Assembly (NCBI GenBank): GCA_023515725.1
Contig: JALDTO010000192.1
Location: 372,001-436,000 of the forward strand
DNA: 64,000 bases
Source: Amoeboaphelidium protococcarum X5
Taxonomy: Eukaryota > Fungi > Aphelidiomycota
Reading direction: 5' to 3'
Positions 11,320 to 24,080 of this stretch are shown here, piece by piece (position 1 is the first letter of the stretch; each line of letters starts with the position of its first letter). The notes beneath the pieces are model-generated. The model was not told where the DNA came from. It made no database searches and saw only the letters and a list, made by a program, of their open reading frames with translations. The translations under genes were made by a program, and so were the position numbers.

Positions 11320-13758
11320 TCATTTGCATTGGACAACTTCATCATTGAGACGTTTTACGCGACTAAGAATCTCTTAAATCTTACCATTCAAGTTATACTG
11401 CTAGTACTTGTACGTTGACTAATGGCTGCTTTCAATTTGATCTTTGCTAATAGCGCGACACGTCTGTTGCCATTTGTCAGCTTCTGCACTCTTCTCTTAC
11501 AGTTGACGCTTAAGCTCCATCATTCTCTGCTCCATTTCAGGACCAGACTGTCTTGACTACTCCTATAAATCTTATAGACGTTCCTCAGCCTTAGCTAATT
11601 CTTTTGATGTCTTTTGCACTTCTGCCTAAAGTGAACTGAGTAATAAATCTTTACTCATACAATCAGCTTTTTACAGCAGCTGTTACAACTCTTTCTTCTC
11701 AGCATTACTCTGCTCCTAAATCTGATTAACACGATCTTCAGATTGCTTAAGACTACGCGTTAGATTAGGAATATCCTACTCAGCCAACTTTTACTTTTCA
11801 TTCAAAATCTTGGCAAAGGACTCTTTCAGTGCCGTCAACTCAATCATGGTGTTGCTCAACTGTGAACAAGCCAGAGATGTGACATCAGGCAATTCTTCAT
11901 AAGACTCCACCTATTTAAAGTTAATTAGCGACAACTTTATCCTCTCCAAAAGCAGCTTCTCTCCACCACTTGATGATGAAATGCCAGATATCTAGATCTA
12001 CAACTTCCGGATGAGATCTGAATCTTTGGCGCGCTCTTGCCGTTATAATTCCAAAGTCTATTCCAATTGCTGTCGATCATTCTACTCTCTGTTCACAACA
12101 TTCTGCAGCATTTCAACCTCATTCCTCAATTTCAACGATTGTGACTATTCGGATGACGATTGTAGCTTTAGACTTTGAACTTAGGCGGTTACTTACTAAT
12201 AGTCCGCTCGAAACTTGTCCAGCGTCTGATTAGTTTGCATCAATTCCTGGTTAGATTACATCAATTTATCTTTCGTGAGCTATAACTCAGTGACTATAGA
12301 TGAGTGCTATCGGTCCAGCATTTAATACGCACCATCAAGCTGAGCATGATCAATCTAGAGTGTTGCATTCTTATCTCGCTCCGCGTCCAGCTCCTGACGT
12401 AATGCAGCGACTTCCTTTTAGAGTTATAATATGTGATCGTCTGCTGATGGAGTAGCTTATACAGTCTATTACTTGCTGATGTTGTTCACTGACCCGAGTA
12501 AATTATCGACACTCTGCTTTTATACAAAAGCCACCTTACTTTGCATCGACTCCTCAAGGTTGGGAAATTTATTGAGCAGCTGAGCGATAAATGCAATTGC
12601 GTGATCCTTGTTACCATTGATAATGTCATCAACCGTGATAAGACTGCGTACACCCATCTCATCAGCCATTTAAAGAGCACATTCTGCTCTTTCACGTACA
12701 GAGGTGGCGCTTATGTTGGCCTAATACAGCTCTGCTATAAACTACTCATTCTCATGACCGTGTGAGAGTTGACGCAGTAAGTTCATCAGAACTTGACCAT
12801 CTTTCAAATCACCATTAAAATTGGAGATTTTCAAATCGCAACTGGCAGCATTCAAATGAAAATTCACCCACTTTAACAGCAGAGTCTCATTGTTGATCTT
12901 GGTGACATCTCCTTGACGTTCATTTTCTGTTAGGAGCTGATTAAGCAGCGGATTCGCCGTAATGTCAACTTTAGACAGCAGGCCAAGTTTGATAATCTGC
13001 CACGTAAGAGCTAGAATCAGATGAGGAACACCTTTATATACATCTTCTGATCCTATATTGTTCATCTTTACACCAATCTGCTTTGCACCGCGTAGCATCA
13101 CCTGAATATTCTCAGTGACATGAGCCTTGGACTTTGGATTACGCTTCATCGCCTTAAAATCAATGCTATTAGGCACGACGAAGTTGATAACCTTTGCCAG
13201 CAGCCAGCCATCTTGGCACGCTTTAAATAAAGCTTCATCACACTCTGGTGGGTGAGTTGGAAGCTCCGGGAAAGTATCAGTGAACAAATGCGACAAATCT
13301 GGGTCCAAATGCGGCATCAAATTCTCATTGATCCATTAACAACACATGGCAGTCTCATCGCTCGAGTAGTAATGGTATGACTTGGCTTGCAGTGTGAAAT
13401 CACGCTCATAGTCAGTAGATATCTTCTGTGGGAGAGGAGATATATTGCGAGAGCCATACTGATCACCTGTCTTTACCATAGGACCTTGAACCACTGCAGA
13501 GATGCTACTGATCTTCTTTTCATCAAATGCGCGCGAAGATCTCTTATTGTTGTTAGTATAGCTGTTACTACTACCACCACCAAACGCTTAAGCCAAGGCA
13601 TCCATGCTCGTGTTTTTACCCAAGAAGGACTAATCATCTGCTACGGTGGGTTCAAATAAAGTCATTCGCCTATAATTGCCATCAGTTGTTTTTGCACTTG
13701 TAGGCGTCGCACTGTTTGAAGCCATGCGATCACCCTGATTCTAGGCTGAAGTTGACAT
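11320..13758 (-). CDS. Single fimbrin/plastin-type actin-binding domain (CH1-CH2) fused to a ~400-aa coiled coil
   Basis: CH1 ACQDGWLLAKVIN...NIGSEDVYKGVPHLILALTWQIIKLGLL; CH2 LLLKWVNFHL...ISNFNGDLKDG...AFIAQLLNKFPNL; then Q/E/L/K-rich heptads to TGA 11320-11322. Confidence 0.82.
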
Positions 13759-14044
13759 TGAGCTACTTCGTTAACGTCCAGTCACTCTCATTGGACTTTA
13801 CACAGCAGAATTGCTCTAAGAATTAATACTATTATCCATAATGATTTAATTTTGATTATTCTATCTAATTTACAACAAGTTATAAAGTATTCAAGTGATC
13901 CGTGATCATTGATGAATGAAACGCCGTAACTTGATAAAAATAGCCTCTCAAGCCAAGTATAAACACTATTGAAGTACAAAGAGAAAATAAATTAGATGCA
14001 AATGTTGTTTAATAACGCAGGTATTTTGGTACATCATCACTCTA

Positions 14045-16288
14045 TTATCTTAATAAGGCCCCACCCACACTAGATCCAGCACCAAAATCGGGACTTGTAG
14101 CAGATGTCTTGATCAGACCATCAATTGTGTGAGCCGAGGAGGATGATGATTTCCCCTTGGTCTTCACACTCTTGGAATCAAAGGCAAATAGTTTCCAAAA
14201 CTTTAAATTTTCATCAGCAGCTCCAGTGCACACCGTCTGTCCATCAGGACTTAGAGACATGTGCAAGATGCGCGAGTCATGAGCATTGGGCAGATCAATC
14301 ACCTTCTTGAACGTCGGATACTTCCATATCGTCAAATGGTTCTACGGTGCTCCGGCTTGATCACTATATCCATGACTGGACACGATTTCTTTATAACTCT
14401 TTGACCACTGCAACGCGGTAACCTATGCGCCAGTGTCTATGGCACCAGTCTTTACATCTGTGGTCATATTCCACACATTGATTCTCTTATCAACCACTCC
14501 ACCACCAGAGGCGAGTAGTCCAGACTGCCATGGACACCAGGCAAGGGCTCTCACAGCACCAGAGTGTTCCTACTTGGTGAGCCTGGATGAGTTCAAATTA
14601 CGGACATCCCAAATGTGGAGCATATTGTCATTACCACCAGAGGCTAGCATAGTACCGTCAATATTCCATTTCAAACCGCATACATCTCCTTCATGATGAT
14701 CTTTATTCAACGCAGTTATGGAACGGGGAAGTCTGACATCGTGATGAATCAAATTACCATCAGCTGTGCCTGTGGACAGTAGAGTACGATTCCAATGCAT
14801 AACACCAATTTTAGCCATCGACTCTGCAACAGTACTATTGATATGGTGTCCTCTGGCACTAGACTGAACCTGAGGCATCATGCGAACACGCTTCTACTTT
14901 TCAACATTAATTAAATGGGTCATCCCTTTAAAGTCACCAACGGAGAGATGGAGTCCGTCGGAAGCCCAAGATACGGAGGAGATATCTTCCTCATCCTCTG
15001 TGGTGTACAGCTCACTCGTCTCACCACTGCTGGCATTCCATATGTACACGGTTGGGCCGAGGCTTATGGCAACAACATTCTAGCAAGACCAATCTAACAG
15101 ATTCAAGTAATAATCGTCAATAATACCAGGTGCATCTAAAACTTTTTCAGGAGCAGTAGGAATCTTTCGTCTGGCACTAATGTTCTTCTACGACAGCATA
15201 GACTTATTAAGATACTTGGCGCGGATATCCTTCTCGTTCGTAGACATGGCCTTCTTTTACTTTGAGAAAGACAGCAGACGTTTATCAATAGACATACCAC
15301 AAGCTTTGGCAAGTTCGGACTGATATGTCAAGTCAGCAGACGTTAAAGTATGTCCGTGGTCAGTAGACTGTTTACTAACGCTGGTCACATTTGAGAATTG
15401 AATAGTCACAGACATATCTTGCTCCACCTACTTCACGCTCTTATTCAGTAGGTAGGATGCAGCTGCTTGATCATCTTGATTTCTCTGAGGTACAAATCTA
15501 TCATTGCCATTCACTTGAGAACTGGTCTTCCGTGCAACCTTGGCTCTATTCCAAGCAGTGGGAGTATTTAAGAGTGGATCACGGACTTTCTTGGCAGATG
15601 CGGGACCATTATGACGGCGACGTTCAGCAGACATACTCAGACGACGCATAGCAGCCTCAATGCAAAGTCTAGACGTATCCTGAGACTATTAGACTCTAGG
15701 GGATATGGATACGGCATTCAACTGCTTTACCAGATCATCATCAACTTGGACAGTGGCGGCTCTGTTGGTCTTTTTCACTTTAGGTGTCATCCATTGAGGT
15801 GAACTATGAGCATCACCGTCATCCAACTTGCGAGGAGTAACATTGTTCAAATTCAATGACCTGACTGGAGACTGAGCAAAGGATTTAGCTGTATACACTG
15901 ACTTCTTTTTGCGATTAAAAGCAGGAGTTTTTATCTAGGTATTTCCATTGTAAGGACTATAATTTTCATTACCGGCATCATTGTTATCACCAGTGTTATT
16001 ATTGTTCACACATTCTCGACTGAAACCAAAATCGTACTGAAATTGCGACTGCACCGAAGGAAACTATTATTATAACTATTGAATGGGAGAACAGTTCTGA
16101 CTAGATCTGGATAGTGAACTTCTCTTCCTGAATACCGGTGTATGAGCCGCCAATCCTGTGTCACATGGAGACACTTGAGACTGACTCTATCTGCCCACTG
16201 TATGCTGACTCAACTTGAATGGCGGAGTCTTGATAACATACGCAGGCTACTGCTGAACAGGTGTTCCAGACTATCGAGCACTTTACAT
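14045..16288 (-). CDS. CDC20: APC/C co-activator Cdc20/Fizzy (3' end ambiguous; see findings)
   Basis: C-box [29 protein letters not shown]40 repeats ([37 protein letters not shown]), then ...GGALLR followed by TAA TAG. Confidence 0.92.
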
Positions 16289-16607
16289 CAGGTTCCTTAC
16301 TCTTTTACTATTCTTGATTCACACACAAATTAAAGATATAATCAAGACTCTACAATAATATAAATGCTACCACCACACACAAAGTATAACGTATTTCTGT
16401 TATCTAACAGTGTGCTCTTCTGCTAAAAAGTGAATGAAGATTGAAATGTGACAATTCGAAACGATCGTTGAAACAACACGACGAGAAGTGAAACTATTAA
16501 GCGCGGTGATCTTTCTATACAGTGATTAAAAAGAAAGAGAAGTATAAAGTTGGGCAAACCAAATTTCAGACTTATCTGTTTATAAATTTCAAGAAGGCAA
16601 ACAGTAT

Positions 16608-19187
16608 TCACTAAGTCTTTGGTTCAGCAGGTTTGTACGATTTAACTTCATCGGATAGCTTTTACAGGGCCGCTTCCAGTTTCTCAATCTTCTCACTCAA
16701 CTTCTTGTCTACACTCCCACCACTCGAAGCTTCCAATCTCTTGGCTTTACGTTCAATCGCTGGCCATTCCTGATGGGCACTCAATAATTTGTACTTTCTC
16801 ACGGTATCTGCACTGGATGAAGACTTCAGAATAGAGAGACCGGATATCGCAGCCTCTTTACAGTCATCAACTGGATCTTGGACCACAGCACTTTCTAAAA
16901 TCTAAATGACATCTCTACGCTTGACTTCACTATCCTGCCAAAACGTGGCTTAAGCGAGGGCGACAATAGCATTCGGTCTAGCGTATCTAAACGGCTGTTT
17001 GAGAGATTCATTCGGTTCACATACTGTTTTGTACAGAAAGTCAAATGCTTCGCTGGAGCGATGATGACCAAGACCACGCAGAACACCTCCGCGAACAAAA
17101 TTATGCTGTCCTCTAAGGGCATCACTCTATGCAACACTCAGTAACAACTACAAATCCTCCTTGTTGCATTAATAACCCAAATTCTCATACGCAAATTCCT
17201 GGGCGCGATATCCAATACCTTAACGACGAAGCACATGCAATAAAGCAAGTCTAATCTATGGATGTTTGATCTTGCAAGCTTTAACAATCTGCCACAATGC
17301 CACAGGATGTTACTCAGTTTATAACATCTACACCAGAATACTAATAGCCAAAGATGTACCATTATCGGCCAAGAATTTGGCGGCTTAAACTCTGACACCA
17401 TAAAACTTTTCTTACAGGATACATCTTAACAAAGAGTCACAAGACGACGGATTCAGATTCTTAATCAATTAATGGTAAGCACGAATTCTAACAGACACAT
17501 CAGGAGACTTTTCAATCGCGTTCAATAACAGAGTTTGACCAGGATTAAAGTCCAAAGTCATGATCAAATCATTTTATAAATCTATTGACACATACGATGG
17601 CTTGGCGCTAGACTGCAACTTGACGGTCGCATGCACTTTGTTATCATCAGTAAACGAGGCAACCGCATTGTAGAAAGAGCCATCCTCGCAGACCACTTTA
17701 ATCGGCACATCAATGCAAAACAATGGAATTCCAGCCTTATCATCAACTTGAGTTTACTCCAACGTCAACTTCACAAAGGTAGAATCCGCATCATACTCAT
17801 AACTTGCCTTCACCGATGGAAATCCTTTAGAGTAGAACCACTGATCAAAGAATTGAGTCAGATTCAAACCACTAGTAGCTTCCAAATGCTTCCTAAAATC
17901 CTCAGTCTCAACAACTTTGCCTGCGAATTCAGCCACATAGTTTCTTACTCCAGTCCAAAACGCCTGCTCTCCCACCAACTTTCGCAGCATATGAATACGA
18001 CACGCACCACCAGGATAAGTGTGATGATCGAACATTGACCAACTGCTCTCAAACTTCCTATTAACCATTGGACGTTTATAAGACTCGGTCTCTGCAATAT
18101 AATCCTGGAGATTGATCCACATCTCGTAGCGGAAATCATCTTCAGTCAAATGATCTTGAATCCAAACACTCTCCATGTACGTGGCCCAGCTCTCCTTCAA
18201 CCAGACATGCTCAAAGTGGCGAATGACAAGCAAATCACCAAAATACGTATGCGCCATCTCATGAATATTCACAGTATCCATTGCGTGCTTTCTCTCCTTG
18301 GCCATCAGTTCATCCATCATAAAACGATCACTCCAGGTGACTAGAGATATATTCTCCATCGCTCCACCAATGGAATGTGCTGCAACTTGATAATACTTTG
18401 GCCACGGAAATTTATATGCCAGTTTATTAGATAGCCACTTGACCATTGACGGAGTCTTGTCAAAAGATCTAGCGATATCCTGCGGCGTGTACAAGCCTTT
18501 AGGTGCAAAGTACTTGATAGGCATACCATCAACTTGACCACCATCAACCTCTTCAAAGTCGCCCACAGCTATACATACCAAATACGACGGACACAAATGC
18601 TCAAGTGACCAGTAAGTAGTCTTCTTCCGACCATCCGATGACAGATCCTCCTTCACAAACTTACCATTAGCCATAGAGATCAGCTCAGCAGGGGCAGTGA
18701 GAGCAAAATTCAATTTAGATCTCGCCGAAGGATAGTCAACACAAGCAAGCCAGTAGCGAGCACATTCAGTCTCATGATCAGTAATTGCAAATACAGGGCG
18801 GTCCTCGCCATCCAGCTTATTAGAGAAGAACATACCAGAAACTGGATTTCTAACTTGATATCTAAGTGTAACTTTACGGACCTCATCGCCTTCAAATGGC
18901 TGGTTCCAGCGCAACTTTATCAACTGGCCATCATAGTCAAAGTCGGCTCCATCCACTTAGAGTTCAGAGAACGAAACACCATTAAGATCTATAGACCTCA
19001 CACCTCTGCTCAGCGGAGATGATAGAGTGAAGTGATGAGTAACGGTGCACTTCAACGATTTATCCTGAATATCAAAGTGGACACCTATGCTAATAACTTG
19101 ACTCTTCAACTTGTGGTCCGGTGCATATCTATTAATCACCCCAGGACCATCTTCAAAAGGATTACTTAAATTAAATTTTTGGCACAT
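16608..19187 (-). CDS. M1-family zinc aminopeptidase with a helical (HEAT-like) C-terminal region
   Basis: GGAMEN motif and HEMAHTYFGDLL...WLKES (HEXXH-X18-E); ends TAG TGA. Confidence 0.9.
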
Positions 19188-19449
19188 TTTTTATACCACC
19201 TAGTTTTATTATCTAAATTAACTTGATACGATAATGTTTTTAGTCAAAAACTACTTAGAACGGAAGAGTACAGTCGAAGGAGAAGAGAGAGACAGAGGGA
19301 GAAACGCAGGCGACAAAGTAAAAGGATGGTGAACACCAAAAATACTATTTAAACTAGAAATAAAAATAAAACTATAAACATAAATTTGAATAAAAAGACT
19401 CTATTAACGCGCTCACAGCTATGAGGGACGCCACGTCAAAGCCCAATGA

Positions 19450-19815
19450 TCATTCAGCATCGCTGCCATCCTCATCGTCCTTGGAGTCGACATTGAAGTA
19501 CTTGATCACATAGGAGTCCTTGTCAGCAGAGACGACGCGCAACCAATCGCGCAACTGGTGCTTCTTCAGAAACTTCTTGGTCAGGTACTTCAAGTATCTC
19601 TTGGAGTATGCAACATCGCTGGACTGCAGCTCAACCTTGCTGCCACTGCGAGAGATGACAACATTACCCTCGGACAGATTATTGGTGACACCATTGACCT
19701 TGACGCGGTCACGCAGATACTTCTCATACGCATCAATGTCAAAGATCTGATCATTGACTGGCTGGGAAGCATCAATAGAGAACTTGGTAGACTTTCTAAC
19801 TTGTGCGCTGACCAT
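19450..19815 (-). CDS. RPL22: 60S ribosomal protein eL22
   Basis: SKRYLKYLTKKFLKKHQLRDWLRVVS signature; TGA stop. Confidence 0.97.
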   Translation of the reverse strand: MVSAQVRKSTKFSIDASQPVNDQIFDIDAYEKYLRDRVKVNGVTNNLSEGNVVISRSGSKVELQSSDVAYSKRYLKYLTKKFLKKHQLRDWLRVVSADKDSYVIKYFNVDSKDDEDGSDAE

Positions 19816-20245
19816 TTTCTTTCAACCTACTTTCTAAATATAGTAAGGATATGGTTATAATTGAGGTATATTACACGGAAGGTATGGGAAGAGGTGAAAA
19901 TTTTCGCGTGTTCAGAATCGCGCGCGTTTAGGTTGAATCGCGTTGATCAATTGATCTGTTTTGGTTGTTTCGATAGACCATGCGGAATAGAATGGCAAGA
20001 TGCGAATGTATCAATAAATGTATTGGAAAAAGATTTCTGATATAGGAGAAGTACTGCAGTATACATCTTTACTGATAAAATTGGTTTGAAGTTGTAAAAG
20101 GGATGGAGCGAACTTGTCGTTGTTGTGGTAAACATTGAGCACTTCAGTCAAAGGGGCTATGCTTTTCATCATTTCAGTTGAGCGCTGACATCATTCATAA
20201 TTGGATCATCTCGCCACAGCGCATAAAACAATAGCCAACGCGGTC

Positions 20246-21070
20246 ATGAACGAGTGGGATCTTCTGAGTCAGGTGTTTGGCTATTTGTCTGTGGTATGCT
20301 GGGCCATAATCCTACTACCTTAGATGTATAGAAACTACAAGATGAAGTCAGTTCAAGATTTGTCTATCAATTTTCTGCTCCTTTTCACTGTCGGAGATTA
20401 CATGTCAACCATTGGCTCTTTTCTATCTGATGTGCCACTATTCATACGGATTACTCCTACTTATTGCGCTGTCATGGACACGCTGACTCTGCTGTAATAT
20501 ATGTATTATAGACGCTCATAGTCGATTCAGTTGCCGAAAGATCAAGATGATGAATTTGCTGATGATAAAATCACGTCTGATCGCAGGTCTACGTCAACAC
20601 TTGGCGTCAAATCTAATTCACCACCATTGTTAAATAACGTGATAGTAGTTGCGTGTCTGTTTTTAAAGTTGGTGGCAGCATCCGCACCTAACTCCGATGA
20701 CTCTGACGATAATTCCACTGAAGAGTTGCTTTGGTTTTAGATTATTAAGACCGTGTTAACTTACGGTGCACAGGTGCTATACATCGGTAGTAGATTGCCA
20801 CAGCTAATTAAGAACGAGAGGTCAATTAGAAATGGCAAGGTGATCATTGGTCTGGCCCCACTCTTGTTCATGACTACTGTGACAGCGTACATAACATACG
20901 TCCTTGGCGTTGCATCCTCGTGGCTTAGTCTACGCGATGATCCAAGTTTAAAGAGTGTAGTTCTGGATTCTTTACCGTTCGTGCTTGGTTGTGTTGTGTG
21001 CTTCTTTATGGACATTATCATTCTCTGGCAGATACGGCGATCAAAGTTTGCCTCCGTAGCTCTCTAATGA
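20246..21070 (+). CDS. PQ-loop membrane transporter (PQLC2/Ypq-like)
   Basis: First PQ motif LLPQMYRNYKMKS (Q=TAG), second GSRLPQLIKN; multiple TM helices; ends TAA TGA. Confidence 0.85.
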
Positions 21071-21500
21071 ATCCTTCACCGATCAATCGATCGTTGATTT
21101 AAATGATCAGATCCATTGTATCTAGTACAAATTTGTAACTTCTATCACAGCTTATTGTTCATGTCTTTCTTTACGTTTAATTGGCTCTGTATAATTACTT
21201 TCTCCTATCTCCGGCGATACTAATCGTCATTCTCACAGGTCGTAACTTTATCGACGACAAAAGATAGTCAAACCAAAGAGAAGATTAGAAAAGTAAACAA
21301 AAACATGATATGTGAATGAAATGTGTGCAGTGAAGCACTACTTTAACATGCAGATACAAGCAGTAATCACTTGGCATGTTATAGTCGTACTCAAAGCACA
21401 CATTACAATCGATATCATCACTAGAGAATCAATCTAATGATACTACACAACAGATATGAGCCATCAACTCATCAAACCAACAATGAATCAGAAACCTCAG

Positions 21501-21518
21501 ATATATATATATATATAT
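21501..21518. repeat. (AT)9 microsatellite
   Basis: atatatatatatatatat seen directly. Confidence 0.85.
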
Positions 21519-22407
21519 TTCAGAGACTATCAGATGTGTGTACAATAAAAGGATTAGATTAAGCTGCGAAATCTGCGCAAAGAAGATCGACAGAAGCGCC
21601 ACGTTTAAATTTAGACCCCCAACACGGAATACACCATGGCAACGATCACTCAGTAGACAGAAATCTGGAAGCTCGCCAATAGTAACCGTGTAGAGAGGCT
21701 GGCTATCCAGTAGATTTCATACATTCAACTAATTGATTGACTGACTGATGGCATCGCTAAATACGTAAGCAATGATGATGACTCATGAACAAAATAACGG
21801 ATGATCGCCATTTGATAATTTTCTTGTCGGGAAAATGATCGACATTGTCACGCGAGAGCTTCTTTGGCGCCCGAATTGAGAAGCTACTCCTGATCAGACG
21901 ATCACCATCTCATTTCAAAGGAGTATAACGATTGGCTGATAGTCAACTGATGATCTTTAAAATGTGATCCGAATGTGCTGTTGGCTATTGTATTTGAGTG
22001 GCTCATCTGAATTAGTTGGAATTTTCCCTGTGAACACTGTTCTGTAACACGAAATGCCATAGGGAATTCCGCATTGAAACTTAGTTGGATCCCCTTAGAT
22101 CGAGCCTTTTGATTGATTGGTGGTTATACTAAAGTTCAATCGGGCGGTAGTCGCTATCAGTGAATTAATGAAACGCGCGCATACTTTTAAGTAAGCTTGG
22201 TAAAGACACTGCTCTAAATACAATACCATTGTTTATTTACTTTGGTGAACTGTTTGAGAGCCGCTAATTCTCCTCCCTTTGGTCATTCTTTACTTTCTTC
22301 TCAGTTCGACCATTTAGTTTTATCAATTAACTACTCTTACAGTTCCTATTCCAGTAAGATTAATAATTTATATCAATTGTCAACCTCCATAAATTAGTAA
22401 ATATAAA

Positions 22408-23859
22408 ATGATTGGAGCAGTATTTGTCTATAATCATAAGGGAGAAATTATAATTAGTCGAATGTATCGAAATGATTTCAAGAGAAGCCTGTCTGACCTG
22501 TTTAGAATCCAAGTGATATCCAATCCTCAGATAACTAGTCCTATCAATTCATTCCCTTACACCAGCTACTAGCCGAACGGTACACCTATCTAGACTCAAG
22601 TCAACTTCTTCCATATCAGGAATGAGAACTTGTACATTGTCGCCTGTGCCAAGGATACAATGCTGACACTGAATGTTGCCTCATTGTTCACATTCCTGCA
22701 CAAGTTTGTCAAGATATGCAAGGACTATTTCGGTAACAAGTTTGATGAAGATGCTGTGAAGAATAATTTTGTACTTATCTATGAACTGTTGGACGAGATT
22801 ATGGACTTTGGTTATCCTCAGATATCAGATGTGGACTCTCTGAAGCTGTACATCACCACGGAAGGTGTTAAGAGTGAAAAGACACTGAAGGAGGAGTCGA
22901 GCAAGATCACCATCCAGACTACGGGAGCCACCTCATGGAGACGTCAGGATATCAAGTACAGAAATAATGAGGTGTACCTGGATGTGGTTGAGAGTGTCAA
23001 TGTGCTGATGAGTGCCAAAAATACAATTCTCAAGTCGGACGTTGTCGGTCAGGTGATGATGCGTGCCTATCTGTCCGGTATGCCAGAGTGTAAACTTGGT
23101 CTTAACGATAAGGTTGTTTTGTAGAAGCAGGGCGGTCCTGAACATGTGAGTAGGAAGGCTCCAACTAATGCTCAAGGATCTATTCGTAATCAGACGCAGG
23201 GAGTCGCTCTGGACGACATATAGTTCCACCAATGTGTAAAGTTGGGTAGATTTGATCAAGATCGAACCATATCATTTGTGCCGTAGGATGGTGAGTTTGA
23301 ATTGATGAGATATCGCACCACTGACAATATCAATCTTCCTTTTAAAGTCCAGGCCATCGTCAATGAATAAAAGTCCAAGGTTGAGTACAAGATTGCTGTG
23401 AAATCTCTATTTAACGCATCCCTGTTTGCCACTGGAGTCGTCATTAAAATTCCAACTCCTCCTAATTCTGCCAAGGCGACCATAAGTGTACCGATTGGTA
23501 AAGCGAAATATTAGTCTGGTGAGAATTGTCTTTAGTGGAAGATTAGCAAGTTTGGCGGTGAGGAAGAGTACACGCTCACGGCTGAGGTTGAAGTGTCAGC
23601 TTCTACGTACTCAACGGCCGCTTAGCAGGCTGCTGCGTCTTCTTTATAAGCATCATCATCCAGTAAGAAGCCTGGTCAGAGTGGTGTGGTGGCTGGTGGA
23701 TGGACTCGTCCACCTATTACAATGGATTTCCAGGTGATGATGTTTACTGGCTCTGGTCTAACAGTGTAGTTCCTCAAAGTATTTGAGAAGAGCAACTATA
23801 AGAGTGTAAAGTGGGTTAGATACTACACCAAGGCTGGTAGCTATCAGTTCCGATTTTGA
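22408..23859 (+). CDS. AP2M1: AP-2 adaptor complex medium subunit mu2
   Basis: MIGAVFVYNHKGEIIISRMYR, NNFVLIYELLDEIMDFGYPQ, SWRRQDIKYRNNEVYLDVVE, YLSGMPECKLGLND, KSVKWVRYYTKAGSYQFRF. Confidence 0.95.
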
Positions 23860-24080
23860 TATTGATAATATGTGTAACGCTGTTGTGAGATGTTTATTGA
23901 GCATCTGTTTATGGACGGTGAATGATAGTGTTTTATTAAAATTATGGGAAAATTAATTTTCATAAATTCTTCTTTCAATTCCACACAGTCTGATCATTAT
24001 TAATCTCGATAAAAATTATACTAACAGCTTAAAGGTCGGACTATTCACTGCTCGTGGTACATGACAACTTACGAACATTT

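Noticed and set aside
21277-21290. AGAGAAGATTAG resembling the U6 core
   Set aside because: Lacks ACAGAGA and the following GCATGGCCCC.
21438-21465. Minus-strand GTGTAGTATC resembling the U2 branch-recognition region
   Set aside because: U2 stem I and the following TGTTCT are absent.
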